From the human T2T-CHM13v2.0 reference genome, Homo sapiens, in assembly GCA_009914755.4 (NCBI GenBank), contig CP068257.2, positions 44,160,001 to 44,224,000 of the forward strand: a DNA stretch of 64,000 nucleotides. The letters run 5' to 3'. The translations under genes were made by a program, and so were the position numbers. Shown piece after piece: positions 58,369 through 64,000 of the stretch (position 1 is its first letter; the number at the start of each line of letters is the position of its first letter). Below the pieces are notes generated by a model, which was given only the letters and a program-made list of their open reading frames with translations, had not been told where the DNA came from and made no database searches.

Positions 58369-61300
58369 TTGCAGCTGAGTGCACTGCTTTTGTCTGGACT
58401 GTGCCCAGGAGGGAATGTGACACCCTTGGGGTCCTTGCCTTTGAAGCTGATCTGTTGTGGCAGCCAGTTCAGCATGTTCAGCAAGATGTTAAAGCCATTG
58501 CTCTGCTGTTACTCCCGGGGTCTCACAGCCAGAGCAGGCCAGAGGTGAGGAAGGGGATCCCATGCCTCCTTCATCTCCTCTGTCTCCTTGCCTTCCTAAA
58601 CAGCTGTGTTTCCCACTGAAAAGGGAGCTGCAGAGCATTTCCACGTGGAGATTCCATCTCGTTTGTATCCAGCTCCATCAGGGGCCTGCTCTCAGGCTCC
58701 CCTGGGCGTGTGCGTGAGGTTGGAAGAGGCGGGTCACTGCAGGAATGTGTCGTTCTGTCATGTCACTCTCTCGATGTCTGGTCTCATGGGGTTCCTTACC
58801 AATTTAGGGACTTGTTAGGGAGATATCTAGAACTATATTGATAGATATACATCATGAACCAGTTCCCCTTAGGTGTTTCTAAAATGATATAAATTACCAA
58901 GGAAATAGCCTTTGGTTAAAGTTCATTATTTTCTGGTCTTGCATTGTTAGCATAGACTGCTGTCTGCTGTCTGTGCCATTTCTATTTCATGTAACTTACT
59001 GAGGTTTTCTTTGTGCCCTAATACAAGCTAGTTTTTTGTTTGTTTTTTTTTTTTAACGAATGTTTCAAGTATGTTTAAGAAGAAAGTATAATCTCTATTA
59101 TTGGAGTACAAAGTTTGATGTAATGTCCCTAAGACCTACCTCCTGTTACTAGCTCTCTGTCATGCTGAGTTATTTTTGACCCCTTACCTTGCCATGGCTG
59201 ACAGTCATGTGTTAATGATTGCTGTTCTTAGGTTTCTGTTTCTTTCCCCAACATCTATAGTTTCTGCATTATAAAGCCAGCTTCCGTGTTTGGGGTTCTA
59301 GCAGATTCTTAACTCATATGGCTTCACCGCGCACTGGGTCCTCCGGCATCAAGAAGTGCCCTTCTTGGTCTTGCTTCCTGCTTTGAGGTGAGGCTGGACC
59401 TTGTCCCACAGGGAGATTGCAATCCCTGCTCTTCAGCCTGGTGCGCTGGCCTCACGTGCTTCTGCTCATTCCTTGACACTGAGCCTTTTCAAATCACTTG
59501 GCAATTGTCATGTCTCTTGTGTAAAGCAGAGCTGGCTTTGTGAGCCAAGTGGAAATTTTTCACAGGGCCAAAACCATTTACATTTACTCATGTGTTGCTA
59601 GGACCAGTATGTCCAGTCCCAACTGCCACATAACTTGCTCCTGTATTTAATGTGTGTGTTGTGTTTTATTTATTGTGCATCTTTTTATTTTTTACATGTG
59701 GTTTGTGTCTTTGCTTTTTTTTTCTGTTGTTTTTGGCATTTAGGAAGGTCTGTGTTTTGTTCTGCTGGCTACTGTTATAAATAACACCTCTCATTGCACC
59801 CTTAGTCCCTTGTTTCTTCCTCTGACCTCTTTATTTTGGCTTGTCTGGTGGGATTCTTTTCTCCCACCTATTTTTCATGCTTCAGTCTATGAGCTTATTC
59901 TACATTCCTTTTTTTCTGATTCATCTACCTCTGATTTATTTGCTGTATTTTTACTTTTGCAGAACAGCATGCTTCCCGATAAGAAGCTGTTTCACACCCC
60001 ACCTCCATCCTTACCCTCACTTTCTCTTTTAGTCTGTGCTCAACAGATTTGTTATTTTTGTTTATGTCAAATTTCCCAGTGGTCTCTTGGCTTGAGGAAG
60101 ATTCTTTTGTAGTGGGTTTGGGCCTGGAAACACAGTGTTCATTGAGTTCTTAGCTATTTAAAACTATTTCTCTAGAGCTTTAATTTTGAAGGACAGTTTG
60201 GCTGACATAAAATCCTTTGGTCACACTTTATTTTTACTTGAGTTTATGAAAATAATTGCTCCACTGTTCACTTACCTTGTACATTGCAGTCAGGAAGTCC
60301 GATCCCCATCTGATTTTCTTCCCTTTGTGAATAAGCTGGTCTTTTTGCCTGGAGTCCCAAAGAATTTTCTCTCAGTTGTAATCATTACTGGGGAGTGCCT
60401 TCAGGGCCACCGTTCTGGGTCAGTTTGTTCAAGTACATGATGAGCCTTTCAACTTGTCGATTATTTTTTTCCTAAGAACATTTCTAGGATTTTAAGTATT
60501 AGGTCTGTTTCGTAGTTTTGCTTTTCTGTTTTGGGAACTCCAGTCTTTGTTTCTTGGGTCTTTGTTGGCCTGGGCTCTGTATCTGGCAGCTTCTCTGCGC
60601 GTCTCTCACCTCTTGGTCAGCCTCATGTTCTCTTTGATGTTCTCAGTCCTCCTGCAGTGTTCCTTATGCAGTCATTACCAGTAGAGGGTGTCCAGGTGGC
60701 ATCTCGAACAAAGGATTGGACAAAACGCACAAACAAAGCAAGGAAAGCAAAAGCAGGGATTTATTGAGAACGAAAGTACACGCCATGGTGTGGGATCAGC
60801 CTGACCATCGGGACTCAGGAGCTTACAGAATTTTCTGGGGTTTCGATACTCTAGAGGTTTCCCCTGGTTACTTGGCGAATATTCTATGAAAATGAAGAGA
60901 ATGAAGTGAAGTCAGAGTCATTTACTCAGAATGCACCCTACTGTAAATGGAGAGGATGCTACTTGGAGTGTGTGGTCTGTATAAATGGAGAGGATGCATA
61001 TGAAGTTACAAAGGGTAAATGCCGTGAACGGAGAGGGTGAAGTGCAGTTGCAAAGCTGTTCACATCCCTGTCATTGCTGAGGAGCTTTCATTTGATTTAG
61101 TTCTAGGGAGTCAGCCTGGATGGATCAGCCTTCTGTTCCCTGCCTCCTTCTGTTGTCCTGCCTCACACTCAGCTGAATCTCTCTCTTTTGGTACCTTGTA
61201 ACTTAGTCTCATTTCTAGGCTAATTGTGTCATTCTCTTTCATTTCTGTCCTGGGTTAAATTAATTCTCATTTCACAGTTTCTTGTTTTAACTGTACATTT

Positions 61301-61747
61301 GTGTTCCTGGTGTTTTTAGTGTTTCATTTCTGTTTCTCAGCTTTTACTCATTTTGCTTTGGACTGCAGCGCTGGGTGGGAGTTCTCAGTTCCATTAGCTG
61401 AAGAAGTTTTAGTGCCCACACCCCGTTTTCCTCTCTCAGAGCCATGAAGGACTTCAGGAGTGTCTGCGACTTGGAGAACATCATTTACCCAAAGGGATTT
61501 TGCATGCCTTTTTTCTATTTATTTTAAAAGCACTTGGATTTTCCTGCACTAGCAGTAACAGGTGTTTCTAGCTGGGAATGGACATGCCAAGGGACACAGG
61601 TGGTTTACCAGGTTTCTTTGTCCAATAGCATCCTTTTTTGTTGGTCAGCAAAAATGTATGTTCTTTTTAGAAAAAAACTGAATGGTGCATTTGGAGATGG
61701 ATTAAATCTGTGTCTTCTTATGCCTTGCTATGCTTTTATTTCTGTAG

Positions 61748-62227
<480 letters not shown>

Positions 62228-63845
62228 TAAATTAATATATAATTTAATAAATATTGTTTTAAAATCAGTGTAGATATAAGGAAATACGTAAGTAAGTGCA
62301 ATTTTATCAAAACATTTCATGTAGACGTCTCACTTGTGAAGTGGAAGCCTGCCTTTGGGTTGAGTCACCTCATTTGGGGTGTTGGGGGGAAGAGCCCCAG
62401 GGGGGAGCGCTTGCTGGCACTCTGTCTCCACACTCACACTGTGCCTTGTACTCGAATGCTGAAGAGGTGTTGACTGCTGTGTTGAAGGCAAGAGGCAGTT
62501 CCGTTGAAGCCCAGTGCTGGCGGAGAGGCCCTGCACTGGTGCGCTCACACAGCCCTGTGTTTTTGTGTTTTAGGTCGGTAGGCTCCACGACAAAAGTCAA
62601 CCCTTCTGTAAATCACCTGCTGTGGTTATGATGCTCTGAGTTCAATACGTCTGAACCTTTGCTGTCTATGGATCTGCTCTAAACCTTATAGCCTGCTTAT
62701 GGGGGAAGGTGAGTTACTGTCTTTTGTTTCCATGTTTGTTTGTTTACCAAGAGTGTATATAACAAAGTCAGACTTACCCTTGACAAATGAAATCTGTTTG
62801 AAGTGACACAGTGCTGTATTTCACCCTGCTTCAGTCCACAATGTGCCCTGAAGACTATTCTGTATATGACTTTGGGAAATTGGGGATCCCTGCTTTTGAT
62901 AGCAGTGAGCTGGTTGTGGTTGAACACCTTTGGGTCCAGTGCCAGGCCAGGTGGTTCTCGCACAGCCTTCCAGCTCTCCCCTGGAGCCAGCCCCGAGAAG
63001 CCAAGGAGGCACAGGTTTCAGGAATGAAGGACAAGAAGGCTGTGCTGGGGGCTGAAGATCGTCCTGAGGTGTTTGGAAAGAGTAGGTAATGAGAGCATCA
63101 GGAGTGGGGGTGCTGTTTTGGTGGTCTGGTGATACCCTGCAGACATTAGTGCCGTGGCTTGAGCTGCTACCATGAACTTCTGTTGATACAATTGCAAGGA
63201 ACGTTGGATGAATGAGCAGTTGTGTTTGGAGCTTTTAACATATCCCTTCAAGAAGTAGGTCACCAAAAAATAAACGGGAGTATTAATATCTCAAGCAATA
63301 TAATAAATAAGTTTGAGCTGTTAGGTATATTTTGAACTCTACATGTTACTTTCTAAGCATACAGAGAGCATGTACAGTACTAGGATGTGTACAGGTGAAG
63401 TCTGTCTGTAACATAGGGATGTATGTGTACAGGTGAAATCTGTCTATAACACAGCATGTGGAGAGCATAAGGCAATTATACTGGAAATTAATAGTAAAGG
63501 AATAGCTTACATAAATAATATGCTATAAAAAACTCTTGTTAGAAATAAAATCATAAAAGAAATAAAAGAACTTTAGGGCTGAGTGATTATGAGGCAGTAT
63601 ATGTCCAAATTAGCATGACACAGCTAAAGCAGTGCTTAGAAGGACATTTGTAGCTATAAACACGTGTTAAGAAACATGAAAAATTAACTCAAGAGGCTGA
63701 AAAAAGAGCAAGAGAGAAAGCCCAAGGATCCATAAGGCAGAAATCAGTGAAATAGAGAGCACAGAAAAACAGAAAATTCACAGTCCTGAAAGCTGTTTTG
63801 TGTTTTAGAGTCAATAGTTAGATCTTTGGTTAAAGAAAGTGGAAG

Positions 63846-64000
63846 GGCCGGGCGTGGTGGCTCACGCCTGTAATCCCAGCACTTTGGGAGGCCGAGGTGG
63901 GTAGATCAAGAGGTCAGGAGTTTGAGACCAGCCTGGCCAACATGGTGAAACCCTGTCTGTACTAAAATACAAAAATTAGCCAGGTGTGGTGGTGTGTGCC
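63846..64000 (+). mobile_element. Alu (plus strand) truncated by the window end
   Basis: 'ggccgggcgtggtggctcacgcctgtaatcccagcactttgggaggccgaggtgggtagatcaagaggtcaggagtttgagaccagcctggccaacatggtgaaaccctgtctgtactaaaatacaaaaattagccaggtgtggtgg'. Confidence 0.95.

Overview
This window is human (primate) nuclear DNA, not a prokaryotic locus. At least 16 Alu SINEs or Alu fragments identify it, several with intact poly-A tails and target-site duplications. It also carries a 5'-truncated young L1 (L1PA-like ORF2 plus 3'UTR), an older L1M-type 3' end, a THE1/MaLR-type LTR, other degraded LTR/ERV material, and two oppositely oriented copies of a Tigger-like DNA-transposon MITE. I cannot support any protein-coding exon, tRNA, rRNA or defined regulatory element from the sequence. 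Every long ORF in the six-frame track lies inside a tandem repeat or an L1 remnant, or is an unbroken frame in GC-rich non-coding sequence. The unusual content is an exceptional density of tandem repeats in a GC-rich background. There is a ~5.2 kb compound minisatellite (41-bp and 45-bp unit families, ~120 units, periodic BamHI sites). There is a 1.56 kb array of GTGAGTG-type units, in effect ~200 tandem consensus 5' splice-donor motifs. There are a (GGGGA)n G-quadruplex/i-motif tract and VNTRs with 37-bp, 60-bp and 62-bp units, one carrying a GC-box in every unit. There is also a perfect 62-bp AT-rich palindrome inside an AT-rich quasi-palindromic block, and several local low-copy duplications. 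This architecture resembles subtelomeric or other VNTR-dense GC-rich human regions, but I cannot assign the locus from sequence alone. No novel biological system (defence island, operon, CRISPR) is present. The interesting signals are structural: repeat instability, non-B DNA, and possible RNA-level effects if the region is intronic.
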